Source: Paramoeba atlantica
Taxonomy: Eukaryota > Protista > Discosea
Assembly (NCBI GenBank): GCA_977017575.1
Contig: CDRNVI010000024.1
Span: forward strand, 62,001-126,000
Direction: 5' to 3'
Length of the DNA: 64,000 nucleotides
Part shown: piece after piece, positions 10,860 through 21,679 of the stretch
Numbering within the stretch: the stretch's first letter is position 1
How the letters are laid out: every line of letters starts with the position of its first letter
The notes under the pieces: generated by a model
What the model was told of the DNA's origin: nothing
Database searches by the model: none
The model's input: the letters and a program-made list of their open reading frames with translations, nothing else
Translations under genes and position numbers: made by a program

Positions 10860-11067
10860 GTTGATGCAAGCGAAAAGTAAATGTAAATATGACTAAGAAC
10901 GAAAATGTTGTTCAGGTGTTAAACCTTATCCATTCAAGAACATCTGCTACTCTTGAATATTATGTATTTTCAAGGCTTTTCTGGAAACAGTGAGGTTACA
11001 CTAGTGTGACCTTATTTGAATATGAAATGATTAGGAAAAAAGGTGCACTTCTCTGCTCTAAGAAGAC

Positions 11068-13332
11068 TCACGTAAGCGTAAGCTGTATTTGGATATTCCT
11101 AGAGTGTGTCGTGTTCGAGTATCTCTTGGGGGGTTGCTTCGCATCCAAGGCATTGGGTGCACCGTGAACATTCACAGACTGGGTGACTTTGGGGTTCTTT
11201 GCTCGATATTCAGCAATAGTCCCGAAAATGCTCAAACATTGGCTTAGTTTCTGCCTATGGGACTCATCTCTTTCAAGCTCTATGCATTCCTCTAGCAATT
11301 GCTTAGCTAGATCATTTACTTTCGAGTGAGTTTGCAGCAGGGTGACAATTATTTCAGGAAGTCCAGTTTCACTTGGTTGGTTCAAGCTGGACCGCTCAAG
11401 GTGAAGCATATGTATTCTACGTCGCAGCAATAAAATCATAAATTCTTGAGTAATGCCACTGCCTAATTTTGAGGACATCATTTTAGTGTTTAATGTACTT
11501 GTCTCTTTCGTGTAAATGTATTCTGCGGCCGGTGAGACTAAGGTAACATGCTTTGAAAGCGAGTGCATAGTATCACCATAAACTTTGCAAGCCTTGGACC
11601 ATTGTCCATGCATCAAACACGAGTTTAGAACATGAATGGGCAGTACTGCACGTTGTGCGGAATCTGACTCACGAACGAACTGCAAAGGCCTGTTAAGGGA
11701 AATATAGTAGTATGTGAGAGCATCTTCCCATGCTTGTGATAGAGAGGCGGCTCTAGCATATACAGCAGCAACTGCATACGAAGTGAGAGGCGATTTTCTG
11801 CTTAAATAAAGGAAGAAGTTTCTCTGTATGGATTTAGGAAAAGGCGAGGAATATCTTGTCATCAGCACTGCTAATCGTTGGCAAAGTTCAGAAAATTTTT
11901 CTTGTTCAGCTAGAAATTCAGTAGTGTCACTTATAATAGATTTTGTCGATTCCATCGGCGTTCCTCTTACAAAAGCTGATAACGCAAGCCTCCAGCAATC
12001 TTCGTGCAATAAAGGTTGAGCGGCAAAAAATACTGAAAACTGAAGATGAGCCGTCCTAGTAAGGACTGAAAAACTATAATTAGTATTGAGAAAAATATGC
12101 ATTCGTAAATGCGCGGCTTCCGATTCTATCTTGAAACGCTCAACATGATACCTGTAAAAATCTTTTACATGTATCCATGTATTATCTCGGCGGTACAAAG
12201 CTTTCTCCTGGTGTGAAATAATGCGGTGAGAACATGGTTCACGTTCAAATCTAATGGAGGCGGAGAGAGGTGCAGTTGTGTGCATTAGCATTCGAGCTGC
12301 AAATGATACATCTGGTGCCGACGTAATTGAACTCCACCTTGTATTAGGATAAAGCTTAGTATAAATCTCCATGACGCGGCGGGCCATTACAAGGAGTCGA
12401 TGGCGTACTAAGAGAGCCCACGTAACAAAAAAAGTGGGAGCGGTTGGCACTAGCATTCGCCAGCTTGGAGTCGAATCTACATCCATTTTACTAATAACAT
12501 TAAGCATTTCTGCCCAGCTTCCGTAGCGCGCGTAGGATCTTACAAGTCGCTCGTAGAGATTGCAAGCATTATCTCCGCGTAGAAGCAATCTGTTGCGGAC
12601 GCAACACTGGTTTAGTAAAGAATGTAAAGCTTGAATTTGCCCCTCGGACTTCTGACATCCTCTGTTTCGCGCGTGTTCAATCCACCTTACAGCTGGAAAG
12701 AAGTGATTAGGGGCAACATCAGTTGCCGTAAGAATCGTATTTTGAAATAGTTGCAGTGCATCACACCAGTCAGCAAGGGATGTAACCGCGTGCTTAATTG
12801 TATTTCCCTTTAAATGTTGAGTTTTCCCGTCGTTTCGCAGTCTGATAATAGTATTGAAAATTTGTTTAATAGTTTGACACCTTATTTCAACAGATTTGGG
12901 ATTGCACCGCCACCCTTGATCCACACGATATATTTCCGCGAGTATCATTTCTAATTTCTCTGCCTCATATTCAACGTGGAGAACATTGTGAACATGCTGA
13001 ATGATGCGACAAGCATGTGTCCACGACCTTTTGGACGAATTCAAAATAAATGTTAGAGTTTTTCGGTCGATTTGCTTTTGAAACGGAAGGCTAGAGTAAA
13101 TTCTTAGGGCGCCGTACCAATTCTTGTCTAAAGCTGCTTTCCATAATCCGAGTGAAGAATCACCCGCAATTCGAGGCAAATGTGATGAATGGCAAGAAAG
13201 CTCGTCGCTGCTTCCCGATGGTTCATTTGCACTGTGTACAAGTGAATGCGAATTTTTCGGATCTCCAGGAAGGCTTGAGAACAGTTTGAGTGATGCTTTG
13301 CGCAGACGATCTACTACATTACGATGTAACAT
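11068..13332 (-). CDS. Helical-repeat (PPR-like, W-x-x-A-L) protein, probably organellar RNA binding
   Basis: Recurrent WYGALRIY, WTHACRII, WCDALQLF, WRLALSAF, WEDALTYY, WSKACKVY; first ATG 13332. Confidence 0.5.
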   Translation of the reverse strand: MLHRNVVDRLRKASLKLFSSLPGDPKNSHSLVHSANEPSGSSDELSCHSSHLPRIAGDSSLGLWKAALDKNWYGALRIYSSLPFQKQIDRKTLTFILNSSKRSWTHACRIIQHVHNVLHVEYEAEKLEMILAEIYRVDQGWRCNPKSVEIRCQTIKQIFNTIIRLRNDGKTQHLKGNTIKHAVTSLADWCDALQLFQNTILTATDVAPNHFFPAVRWIEHARNRGCQKSEGQIQALHSLLNQCCVRNRLLLRGDNACNLYERLVRSYARYGSWAEMLNVISKMDVDSTPSWRMLVPTAPTFFVTWALLVRHRLLVMARRVMEIYTKLYPNTRWSSITSAPDVSFAARMLMHTTAPLSASIRFEREPCSHRIISHQEKALYRRDNTWIHVKDFYRYHVERFKIESEAAHLRMHIFLNTNYSFSVLTRTAHLQFSVFFAAQPLLHEDCWRLALSAFVRGTPMESTKSIISDTTEFLAEQEKFSELCQRLAVLMTRYSSPFPKSIQRNFFLYLSRKSPLTSYAVAAVYARAASLSQAWEDALTYYYISLNRPLQFVRESDSAQRAVLPIHVLNSCLMHGQWSKACKVYGDTMHSLSKHVTLVSPAAEYIYTKETSTLNTKMMSSKLGSGITQEFMILLLRRRIHMLHLERSSLNQPSETGLPEIIVTLLQTHSKVNDLAKQLLEECIELERDESHRQKLSQCLSIFGTIAEYRAKNPKVTQSVNVHGAPNALDAKQPPKRYSNTTHSRNIQIQLTLT

Positions 13333-14024
13333 GCACACGAAATGACGGATGTTACAATTGATCCTGCAGCAGAACTAGAATTGTGCTCATAAGATAGATC
13401 ATCTGGGTAAACACCAAAAGGTACAAATACGCATTTTAGAAAAAGAGGACAGACAAATATACCAAGTCCACCCACAAAACAAAGACATGATAACGTTTCT
13501 GTTCTCCCATAGCCCTTAGGTGAACTTCTAAAGTAATGTAACTCTTAAACGTAGGTAGCAGTTATTTGACGTAACACATGAAAGCACACGCAAATAAAAT
13601 GTATGTTTATGTAGGAAACACGAATATTAGCTTAAATATAAATTATAGACTACACATACATACATTGTATGTAGTGTTCATCTAGTATCTGGTACACCCG
13701 AACATCTACCTCCCTTGTCTCGAGGTAGTGCGTGGACTGATGACCTCTTCTCTTCAACAGATAAACCCTATTTTTTTGAGGACATCAAAGAGTTCTCGAT
13801 CTCTTGGCAGCATGGAGACATGCATGTATGTAAACCAATTCGTAGAAATTTCGTTCTTCGTCTTAATCGGAAGCCATCCGAATGGAATGGGGGCGGTTAG
13901 GCTGATAGAAGCCTACGCAAAATTAATGCGAGATCGTCGAATGCGACTCTCGTCTGAATACGAATAGAACTCATCACATTAACTTGTATTGAAGACACAA
14001 CAACGTACACGACGTTAATCGCTC

Positions 14025-15464
14025 TTATTGGCCGCAAGCTACAGCAATCATCTTCTTATATTGCAAAATTCTCTCGGACGATTTTCCCAGTAATACACCA
14101 GCACATTTTTCAAAATTTTGAATGCGTTTCCATTGCTCAAATGTAACGGCATTCTTAAAACAGGGTAAGTCACACGTTTTAGGCTCTTCCGCAGCTGAAC
14201 CAGGCTGAATATGCCCATTTTCTGATAAACGCTTAGAACATTCTTCTTCCAACATTGTTTGTGCCGTTTCGAGTGCATCTGGAATGACACTGGCAATGAC
14301 GCCATGTGCCCCACGTTTGGCCCATCCTACGGTATAAAGGCGAGGAATGGAAAGAACTGCTCCCTTACTATGAGATATCATTCGTGTCTTTTCCTCCAAA
14401 GGAACGCTAGAGATGTAACTTCCACGATATCCTGTAGCGAAAATCACGACATCAGCGTTCATTTCAACTTGTTTTCCATTTGGGGACCACACCAAGCGGG
14501 AGGCAGAATTGTCGTTTGCGTTTACCCCGGGACTGGGTTCCAAACATTCAAAAAGGATTGAACGCGCTCGTATTTCTAACGGACGAAGATTGTATTTCAG
14601 ATTAAGAAGGCGTTTCTTAGTTTGATCTAATAGACTTTGATTTGAAACGGACTTGAGCAAGTCGATGAGTCGTCTTCGCGATCGTGGAACATCTGAGGAT
14701 TCGTAGCAGAATTTGTCCAGAGAAACATCCACATTTTCCAAAGAAAGCATTTCACGAAATTCTTTGATACTAAAAGCAGATTCCAAAGCTCCACGGCGTC
14801 CGACTATGGTAATCCGTTGAATATCGCAACTTTGTAATACGCGCAATGCAGGAGAGGATATATCCGTTGCTTCCAGTTTCTTGGAATCTTGCAAGAAAAT
14901 TCGAGCGACATCTAAAGAAACGTTGCCATTTCCAATAATAACCGCTTCTTTCGGACTCGACGTGTTACCCCAAGGGGGCTCTTGTAAATTATAGCAGCTA
15001 AAAGGATATCCATTGTACCACTCTACAATGTTCTTAGCGTAGTGCACATGCGCGCTTGTTGACCCTTTGCACTGTAATTTGTTAACCTCACTAGCCCCTG
15101 TGGCGAGGACTACAGTGTTGTAAGTATTGAGAAGCTGCTCTATGGATACACCCTTACCCAGTTCAATATTTCCCAACCATCGCACATGTTCGCGAGATGC
15201 GATCTCCTCAAACCGGGACTCCACATTTCGGATTTCCGGATGGTCCGGAGCTACACCATATCGTATTAAGCCGTAAGGTGTGGGTAGCTTTTCCAAGATA
15301 TCAAACTGAAGTCGGTCAAAACTTCGATATCCTTTGGGTGTTCGCATGGTGAGACATGAAGACGGATACCTTGCTCTACGGGAATCAAATGCCTTTTGTA
15401 AGGCATCAACGAAATAAAAGCCGGCAGGTCCCGATCCTACAACACATGTTCTATATGGAAGCAT
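14025..15464 (-). CDS. FDXR: NADPH:adrenodoxin (ferredoxin) oxidoreductase
   Basis: VVGSGPAGFY, EKLPTPYGLIRYGVAPDHPE, IIGNGNVSLDVARI, GWAKRG. Confidence 0.95.
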   Translation of the reverse strand: MLPYRTCVVGSGPAGFYFVDALQKAFDSRRARYPSSCLTMRTPKGYRSFDRLQFDILEKLPTPYGLIRYGVAPDHPEIRNVESRFEEIASREHVRWLGNIELGKGVSIEQLLNTYNTVVLATGASEVNKLQCKGSTSAHVHYAKNIVEWYNGYPFSCYNLQEPPWGNTSSPKEAVIIGNGNVSLDVARIFLQDSKKLEATDISSPALRVLQSCDIQRITIVGRRGALESAFSIKEFREMLSLENVDVSLDKFCYESSDVPRSRRRLIDLLKSVSNQSLLDQTKKRLLNLKYNLRPLEIRARSILFECLEPSPGVNANDNSASRLVWSPNGKQVEMNADVVIFATGYRGSYISSVPLEEKTRMISHSKGAVLSIPRLYTVGWAKRGAHGVIASVIPDALETAQTMLEEECSKRLSENGHIQPGSAAEEPKTCDLPCFKNAVTFEQWKRIQNFEKCAGVLLGKSSERILQYKKMIAVACGQ

Positions 15465-15770
15465 TCCGACAAAAAGTCAGGATGTGTCGCAAACATTATC
15501 GTAAAGGTGAGATATTCTGTACAATTAGAAAGTGAACAGTAAAACGCATTCTCCGAATCAGCTGAGACACAAATTTAATAATTCTTACCGATCCGCGTAA
15601 AAATATATAAACCTCAAAAGTATTGTGTACGTAGAGAATTTAATTCTATAAGAGAAAACTTTCGTAATACAACTTTTGATACTTTAAAACCATAGCACTA
15701 CGAAGCTTGATATATCCTACAGTGAGTTACAACTTTCATACCACCTTCGTCTTCTTTTCAGAATAGAGCA

Positions 15771-16616
15771 TTACTTTCGTCGAATACCGCTCTTGGATTT
15801 TCCCTTTCCCGCACTCGCCTTTTTGGAGCGCTCATACGCCTTGCGCCGAGCTTCTCGAATTTCCACATCTTGCTTCTTCACCAACGAGCGCTGCTTTCGC
15901 TTTTGCTCATCATGACGACGCAGACGCTGGTCTCTACGGCGGGCAAGCAAAAGCGAAATGTATTCCTTACGCTCGGCTGCGCTGCGCACCACGCGTGCCT
16001 TCTTCTCCTCCAGCTTTGCCTTACGACGTCGAAGAATCGAGGGAACAATCAAACGCTGAATCTTCGGGGCCTTGGTGTAGGAACGAATATTCTTCCCCCC
16101 TTTCTCACTGCGGTCCTTCTCCGGGATCGTGCGTCGCACGACATACTTCGTCACGGGCTGGGTGGTGAGCCCAAACAGCTTACGAATCTTATTCGCCCGT
16201 TTCGGGCCCAGACGCAGCGGCACGGAGACGTCCGTGACCCCGGCGATATCCTTCTCCCCCTTCTTGGTGACCGTCAGCGCGAGGGTGGCCAAATCCCCCC
16301 CGAGGATACACCCGCGGACGCTGCGTCGTCGGCGCTCCCCTTTCCGGGCGCGCCACTTTTGGAACCCCACGGTGCCGGGCTGGAGCAGCAGGCGCACGCG
16401 GCTTGCGGTCATCACCCCTTGCTTCATCGGGAACCCGTCCTTGTCCTGGCCCCCGGTGATGCGGAATTTGTACCCCGCAAAGGCCTCGTCGAAGATGTGG
16501 CCCTCCATCTCCTGCCCCATGCGGTAGTCGGAGAGGTTGGCTTTGCGCAGGTGGTCGTCCTCGATGTCAACGCTCTTGGTGCCGCCGGTGGAGGGATCCG
16601 CGATGAGGAGTTTCAT
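15771..16616 (-). CDS. RPS6: 40S ribosomal protein S6 (eS6)
   Basis: MKLLIADP, FRITGGQDKDGFPMKQGV, RRRRSVRGCI, RLGPKRANKIRKLF, KAPKIQRL. Confidence 0.98.
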   Translation of the reverse strand: MKLLIADPSTGGTKSVDIEDDHLRKANLSDYRMGQEMEGHIFDEAFAGYKFRITGGQDKDGFPMKQGVMTASRVRLLLQPGTVGFQKWRARKGERRRRSVRGCILGGDLATLALTVTKKGEKDIAGVTDVSVPLRLGPKRANKIRKLFGLTTQPVTKYVVRRTIPEKDRSEKGGKNIRSYTKAPKIQRLIVPSILRRRKAKLEEKKARVVRSAAERKEYISLLLARRRDQRLRRHDEQKRKQRSLVKKQDVEIREARRKAYERSKKASAGKGKSKSGIRRK

Positions 16617-16919
16617 GGGAAAAAACGGTGGTGAGAGAAAAGATGAGAAAAAAAGGCTAAGGAGGAAGAGGGAGAGTTCGTGAGCGCGTGTGGGCAGGAT
16701 ACGAGTGGAATAGGGTAAAAGAGAGCGAGCGGGGGTAATGTCGATTTTAGGTTAGGGTGAGACGAATAAAGTACTGTGGATTTGATAGTGCTCATCCATG
16801 ATTACACGCTTCAATGATTACAAGTCTTCTTTTACAGAAGAAGAGAAGAAGAAGAAAAATATGATTAGAAGTCTTTTTTACAATCTGCGTTAAATTACCA
16901 CTTCTTGACTTTTAGATGG

Positions 16920-18665
16920 CTACGTATCGGGTGGCATGTTCACGGGTGAACTCACACTTGGAGCACAAGAAATAGTGGTAGCTCTACCCGGAGAAACATC
17001 CTCCGAGACATGAAAACTCGAATCATTCTTTTCTAATTTCACCTCCGTCCGCCGTTCAGCAAGTTCCCGACTGGCCGCATAGAACTGATACGGCGAGGTA
17101 AACAGACCATCCCCTTGATACGAGGGATGCTTTGCAATAAAAAAGCGATGGCAACTTCGAGTGTAGTGTTGAGACTGCGCATCCTTAACAATATCCTCTA
17201 TCTCTTGAGGGCTACCTTTCGGTAGTTGCTCCCGAAGCATGCGGTGCAGATTGCTGCTTTCGGAGTGGCGAAACGGGCACCCGTGGCACGAGGAGGAAGA
17301 GGGAGGAGCCCCCATAATAATTGACCCGCATCCCATAGCGTTATAGCTGACGTGCTTCCCTTCCTTACCATAGTGATGCCGAATTGCATATGCGTAGCTT
17401 GACCTCTTAAATGCCTCAAGCCCCATAGCCTCTCGTGAACCAAAGAATTCAATCGCCTCATCCATGGACAAACCAATGCGTTTGAGAAAAGTACTGTACT
17501 GGAACCTTCCATGAAATTTGAGGTGGCGATCTCTGTTAAGCTGGTCTTGCAACTGCTTCATGCAGGGTGGGAAGTGTTCAGCAGCAAGGGAGTCAATTTG
17601 TTCACTATGAACAACACCAAGTTTGTGATCCTCCGTATCGGAACGGGAACCGGGGGCAAAAGCCTCGACTGTAACAATGGCGTCTATCTTATGAATCACA
17701 TAGTTGGAGGCAGAATGCTGAAGTGAGAGCCTTTGAGGAACCGCTTGAGACAACAGCTTTCCCAAACTATCTTGAAACATGTTACACTGCATGGTTACGA
17801 TCTCCCGGTTCTGCACAACAGCCTCTCCACGATGCAAGCAAACGCTTCGCCTTCGTACTGCATCCAGAACGTGCCGAAATGGGACTCGATACCACGAAGC
17901 CGACTCACCGGAGGAAACAACAACGGTAGAAGGCAGCTCACTCGATATGGAAGCTTTCCCAGTAAGAGCTCTCGCGGTTGCTGTGGCTGCCTCGGCAATT
18001 TTTCGTACTCCCAGCGTAGCATAGCGCTGTGACATGCCTGTGACTTTGTATGCGAGTGCATGGCCCGAATCCGCATCAGTGTTCCCCAAATCTGAGATGT
18101 GGCTCACCTTCGCAAGTGTGGGAATCACGCGTGCAGGCACTCCATTCGCCTGGAACACAGACTCTTGCTCAACGCTTGTTAGTTCCCGCAGTCGCATGCG
18201 AAAAAGGTTCTCCTCGCACCGAGAGAACCATTGTCGTAGGTGATCAATGTGACAAAACCCCAACAAACATAAATAGAAAGATACATGATCGCGAGTCCAG
18301 TCCTGTAATAAACCTTTTTCTACAGAACTTAGGGTAGAAAGGAATGGGGTTTCATTTCTTCCATGCTCTCTGAAAAGTTCATGACGATTTTTTTCCACAG
18401 CCGCAAGTAAACGGAGACGGGCGGAAACTAAATCCCCTAGATCGGGTAGAAATACACTGTCTTCCATAAGCCTAGTTTTTACGGGACGCAGAAGGTTATC
18501 ATGATTTTGTTGAATTAAGTTGTATTTCAGAGGTCGGTTTTTATACAGTCCCACCCAAGTAGAATTCTGCAATTCGTTGCCTACTCCCGCTTTCGGAAAC
18601 TCTGATGCATCTAGGTGAAAAGAGCGTCCAGAAGGAGAAGAAGGTTCCTGCTTCAGAAGCTGCAT
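16920..18665 (-). CDS. PRIM2: DNA primase large subunit
   Basis: RDHVSFYLCLLGFC, FPPCM, HLKFHGRFQYSTFLKRIG, RHHYGKEG, HGCPF Fe-S motifs. Confidence 0.95.
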   Translation of the reverse strand: MQLLKQEPSSPSGRSFHLDASEFPKAGVGNELQNSTWVGLYKNRPLKYNLIQQNHDNLLRPVKTRLMEDSVFLPDLGDLVSARLRLLAAVEKNRHELFREHGRNETPFLSTLSSVEKGLLQDWTRDHVSFYLCLLGFCHIDHLRQWFSRCEENLFRMRLRELTSVEQESVFQANGVPARVIPTLAKVSHISDLGNTDADSGHALAYKVTGMSQRYATLGVRKIAEAATATARALTGKASISSELPSTVVVSSGESASWYRVPFRHVLDAVRRRSVCLHRGEAVVQNREIVTMQCNMFQDSLGKLLSQAVPQRLSLQHSASNYVIHKIDAIVTVEAFAPGSRSDTEDHKLGVVHSEQIDSLAAEHFPPCMKQLQDQLNRDRHLKFHGRFQYSTFLKRIGLSMDEAIEFFGSREAMGLEAFKRSSYAYAIRHHYGKEGKHVSYNAMGCGSIIMGAPPSSSSCHGCPFRHSESSNLHRMLREQLPKGSPQEIEDIVKDAQSQHYTRSCHRFFIAKHPSYQGDGLFTSPYQFYAASRELAERRTEVKLEKNDSSFHVSEDVSPGRATTISCAPSVSSPVNMPPDT

Positions 18666-18870
18666 TGAGAGCTATACAGTATAGGACCTACTCTTGTTGC
18701 TAAGTTGACAAGTATAAGTAGTGAAAAAAAGTAGAATTACACATAAAAGATAAGGAAAACAAGTACCATTCCTCTCATAATAAATCATATACAATCAGGT
18801 GTTGAAGCTGAAGAAGAATTTCGCTTGTAATTTACAAGAGACTTTACTTACAACTTGTGAATAAAACTTT

Positions 18871-18908
18871 ATCCTGTCGGAGTACACATATCCTGTCGGA
18901 GTACGCAT
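18871..18908. repeat. 19-bp tandem duplication
   Basis: ATCCTGTCGGAGTACACAT / ATCCTGTCGGAGTACGCAT. Confidence 0.7.
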
Positions 18909-19388
18909 ACATGTATCCTTTTGTACGTACAAGTACAACCGAATATTGACTGTTCAGAGTAAAGCCAACGAATATCGTGAGCTTGTGACACTTCATTCAG
19001 ATATTCATCCAGAGTACTCGCACAGAAAAAAAGCAACAGCTCTGCGTTTATGTCGTTGCTGAAAGAGCTGTTCAAGGCGCATCGGGCGACCTTTAAAGAA
19101 GCACCTTCAGAAGGAAGAAGAGGATGCCACCACCTTTGACACTGGCAATTACAATTTCAATCATGAAATTTACCTTCTGGGCTGCTTTTCGTTTCGTAAA
19201 AAAGCTGTGTTGTCCAATAAGGTAGCGTATAGAACTTGGCCCTTCAAGCCATTCAATTCAAGTTCCTTCTGAGGAAAAAGAAACCAGTGACTGAATGGTA
19301 GTCAGTCTATCGTACTCAAAACGGTAGAAAATGCTGTTCATATTTTTGACGGGGGGGTCTAACAGAAAGAACACTTTAAGTCAGTTTT

Positions 19389-20177
19389 CTACACAGCTTT
19401 TTTTACGCTTTCTTCATTGGTATCTGCGTCGTTCGAAGTTTCAAGAATTTGCAAAATTTCTTCTAGTTTTTCACCACAACTACTGGAAATGTCCTTCGAA
19501 TCAACGTCCTTGGAATTGTTCAATGAGTTTTGTCTACGACAAGTGACTGACAATTCTTGTAATGTTGGCGCCCTAGCAGTTTCATCGGTCAGATTTAGAG
19601 AATCGTTTTTTGTAAGTGGCTCTTCCTTAGGAATGTTTCTGGTCCCTGTGGTCTGGTCCAACCATGGATCCCATTGAGCCTTCTTACTCCTTTTCTTAGA
19701 CTGCGCTGACATGCGCTCATTGTGTGAAAGGTTTGGAACAAGTTTATTAGGATGACGTTCGTACTCCATTCCAGGATACCACAAAGCATTTTCATCTCCG
19801 TCTCGACGTACTTGAACGTCACCCAACTTCTTAAGACGGCCCCATAGAATCATATTTAGATCTGCTCTATGAGCACAACCAAAGTACTTTTTCGCGTAGT
19901 ACGACGAGGTCATGCCGGGATCGTGTCGTATTACGGCTAATACGGTCTTCGGATCCATTACCACATATCCACCTTCCTGTTTAATTTCTGGTCGAGTTTC
20001 CGATGATTCGTACATTGATAGAGGTGCGGACGTCCCAGTGGATACGGGGTGACTACTTTTCGATTTACCTTTTGACGAATTAGATGCTCCCTTTTGTGTA
20101 GTAGATATTCTGGGAAAGTCTTGAAAAGAAGGCGGATACAAGACTCCACTGTATCGGCGAACAGAGCGGAAAAACAT
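19389..20177 (-). CDS. Hypothetical protein with mitochondrial presequence-like N-terminus
   Basis: About 260-aa ORF on the cluster strand, MFFRSVRRYS start; no family recognised. Confidence 0.65.
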   Translation of the reverse strand: MFFRSVRRYSGVLYPPSFQDFPRISTTQKGASNSSKGKSKSSHPVSTGTSAPLSMYESSETRPEIKQEGGYVVMDPKTVLAVIRHDPGMTSSYYAKKYFGCAHRADLNMILWGRLKKLGDVQVRRDGDENALWYPGMEYERHPNKLVPNLSHNERMSAQSKKRSKKAQWDPWLDQTTGTRNIPKEEPLTKNDSLNLTDETARAPTLQELSVTCRRQNSLNNSKDVDSKDISSSCGEKLEEILQILETSNDADTNEESVKKAV

Positions 20178-20427
20178 TTTCAATAAGGTAATCTATTCGA
20201 AATACCAAGGTAGGAAGAAAATCCAAGTAAACAACTCTGAATTGTAAGTAAATTAACTACACTTCAACTTAGATTAACATAACCAACAACCCATACTGTG
20301 AAGCATACGGAAGTTAACGTATAAAAGCGAAAGTCTTGACCTGGTTGGTTGACCTAAGACAGTGAGCACTACATTGTACTAAAAGAAGTACAACTTTACT
20401 TATGAATCACAATCTTTTCGAATATCG

Positions 20428-21417
20428 CTAAAGTTCGTTTCCGATTGTGACCCATCCTCTACGCAGATTATGTGGTCTTCCAAAAATTTCGAGAAAGTGA
20501 CCATTTTTTGGTTCTAAATCACTACTCCAAAAAATATTCTCAATTATATCGTAAGCCTCCAACGGTTTCTTGGACGTGAGGCCACGGTTAGCAAAAAAAT
20601 AATCAACTGGGACAGAGACGCTGGTGCTGGCACCGCTTTCTTCATCAGTAGATGAGTTTCGCTCCCTACTCTTCTTTCCTATGAGAAGGCTTTCTTTTCC
20701 ATGGGAGAGAATATTTCCGTTCCCAGTAGCCAAGCGCCCAGTACCGGGATGCAATTTTATCCAATCAATCACAGTTACAAATTCATATCCCCAAATTCTG
20801 CACATCATGTCCAGTGCTTTAGGAATTCGACTGTTTACAGCCCAGACGAAAAGCAATCCGTGAGATTGTAACTTTGATAGGGGTAAGGATTCGATTTCTT
20901 TATCCGTAAGCTGAGGGTATGGGAGCCGATTTCCCGTGCTTTGCTTTTTTATTGCAGTAGAACGGGAAGACCCTACAATGGACTTCATGCCAGATACTCC
21001 GTTCGCAGATGGACTGAATCCGGAGCGCAAAATCTTCCACGGAGGATCCATCAAAATGACGTCAAAATTTGAAACGAGTCGTGAGAGACTATGGAAATCA
21101 AAGTGGAGTACGTCAGCAGAGATTGGACAACTTCCTGGGGGTATGGGATACAAGCCTGGTGCTGGAATATGTGTACCCTTCTCAAGAGTATTTGAAACGT
21201 TGCAACTCAAGCTTGTTGGAGAAGAGAGAGAATCGGCCTCTTCAAGGTTGTGCGAATCATTAGAACCATTCTTAATCTCCGGTGATGGCTTAAGAAACCA
21301 AGGAGTCGAAATTTTTCTTCGCAAATCATTCGAGACAGCATGGTGGGAAAGGTCTTGCAGATGTCGACGTCTTTGACGAATGGCACAGAGTTCTTCCCAC
21401 GTTGCGACGTCTTCCAT
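20428..21417 (-). CDS. MT-A70 family N6-adenine methyltransferase
   Basis: FDVILMDPPW, YPQL, GLLFVWAVNS, IDWIK, KESLLIGKK, FLEIFGRPHNLRRGWVTIGNEL; first plausible ATG 21417. Confidence 0.9.
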   Translation of the reverse strand: MEDVATWEELCAIRQRRRHLQDLSHHAVSNDLRRKISTPWFLKPSPEIKNGSNDSHNLEEADSLSSPTSLSCNVSNTLEKGTHIPAPGLYPIPPGSCPISADVLHFDFHSLSRLVSNFDVILMDPPWKILRSGFSPSANGVSGMKSIVGSSRSTAIKKQSTGNRLPYPQLTDKEIESLPLSKLQSHGLLFVWAVNSRIPKALDMMCRIWGYEFVTVIDWIKLHPGTGRLATGNGNILSHGKESLLIGKKSRERNSSTDEESGASTSVSVPVDYFFANRGLTSKKPLEAYDIIENIFWSSDLEPKNGHFLEIFGRPHNLRRGWVTIGNEL

Positions 21418-21491
21418 ATGATCTATTATGATGGAAAAGACATACTCTAATGAAAAAAGCAACAAAAGTTTTGTCACATAACATAGGACAC

Positions 21492-21555
21492 AAAGAATAC
21501 GTACACTTCACCACTTCACCATACATGAGAGAAAAGAATACGTACACTTCACCAC
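21492..21555. repeat. 23-bp direct repeat pair
   Basis: AAAGAATACGTACACTTCACCAC at 21492-21514 and 21533-21555. Confidence 0.7.
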
Positions 21556-21679
21556 ACATGTACCTGTATGTACTAAATATGAAATATGTGGTGTACTGCA
21601 TATTACAGTGCACGCATTGAGAATGGTATTACTGAGAATGTATAACTAACATCAAGCTTCGCGCTCGTACTTTCTCCTA

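Noticed and set aside
13680-14000. Possible C/D snoRNA (GTGATGA) or small gene between the repeat protein and FDXR
   Set aside because: No properly spaced D box or terminal stem; ORFs short and unrecognised
15870-16634. 254-aa + strand ORF opposite RPS6
   Set aside because: Antisense shadow of a high-GC3 gene
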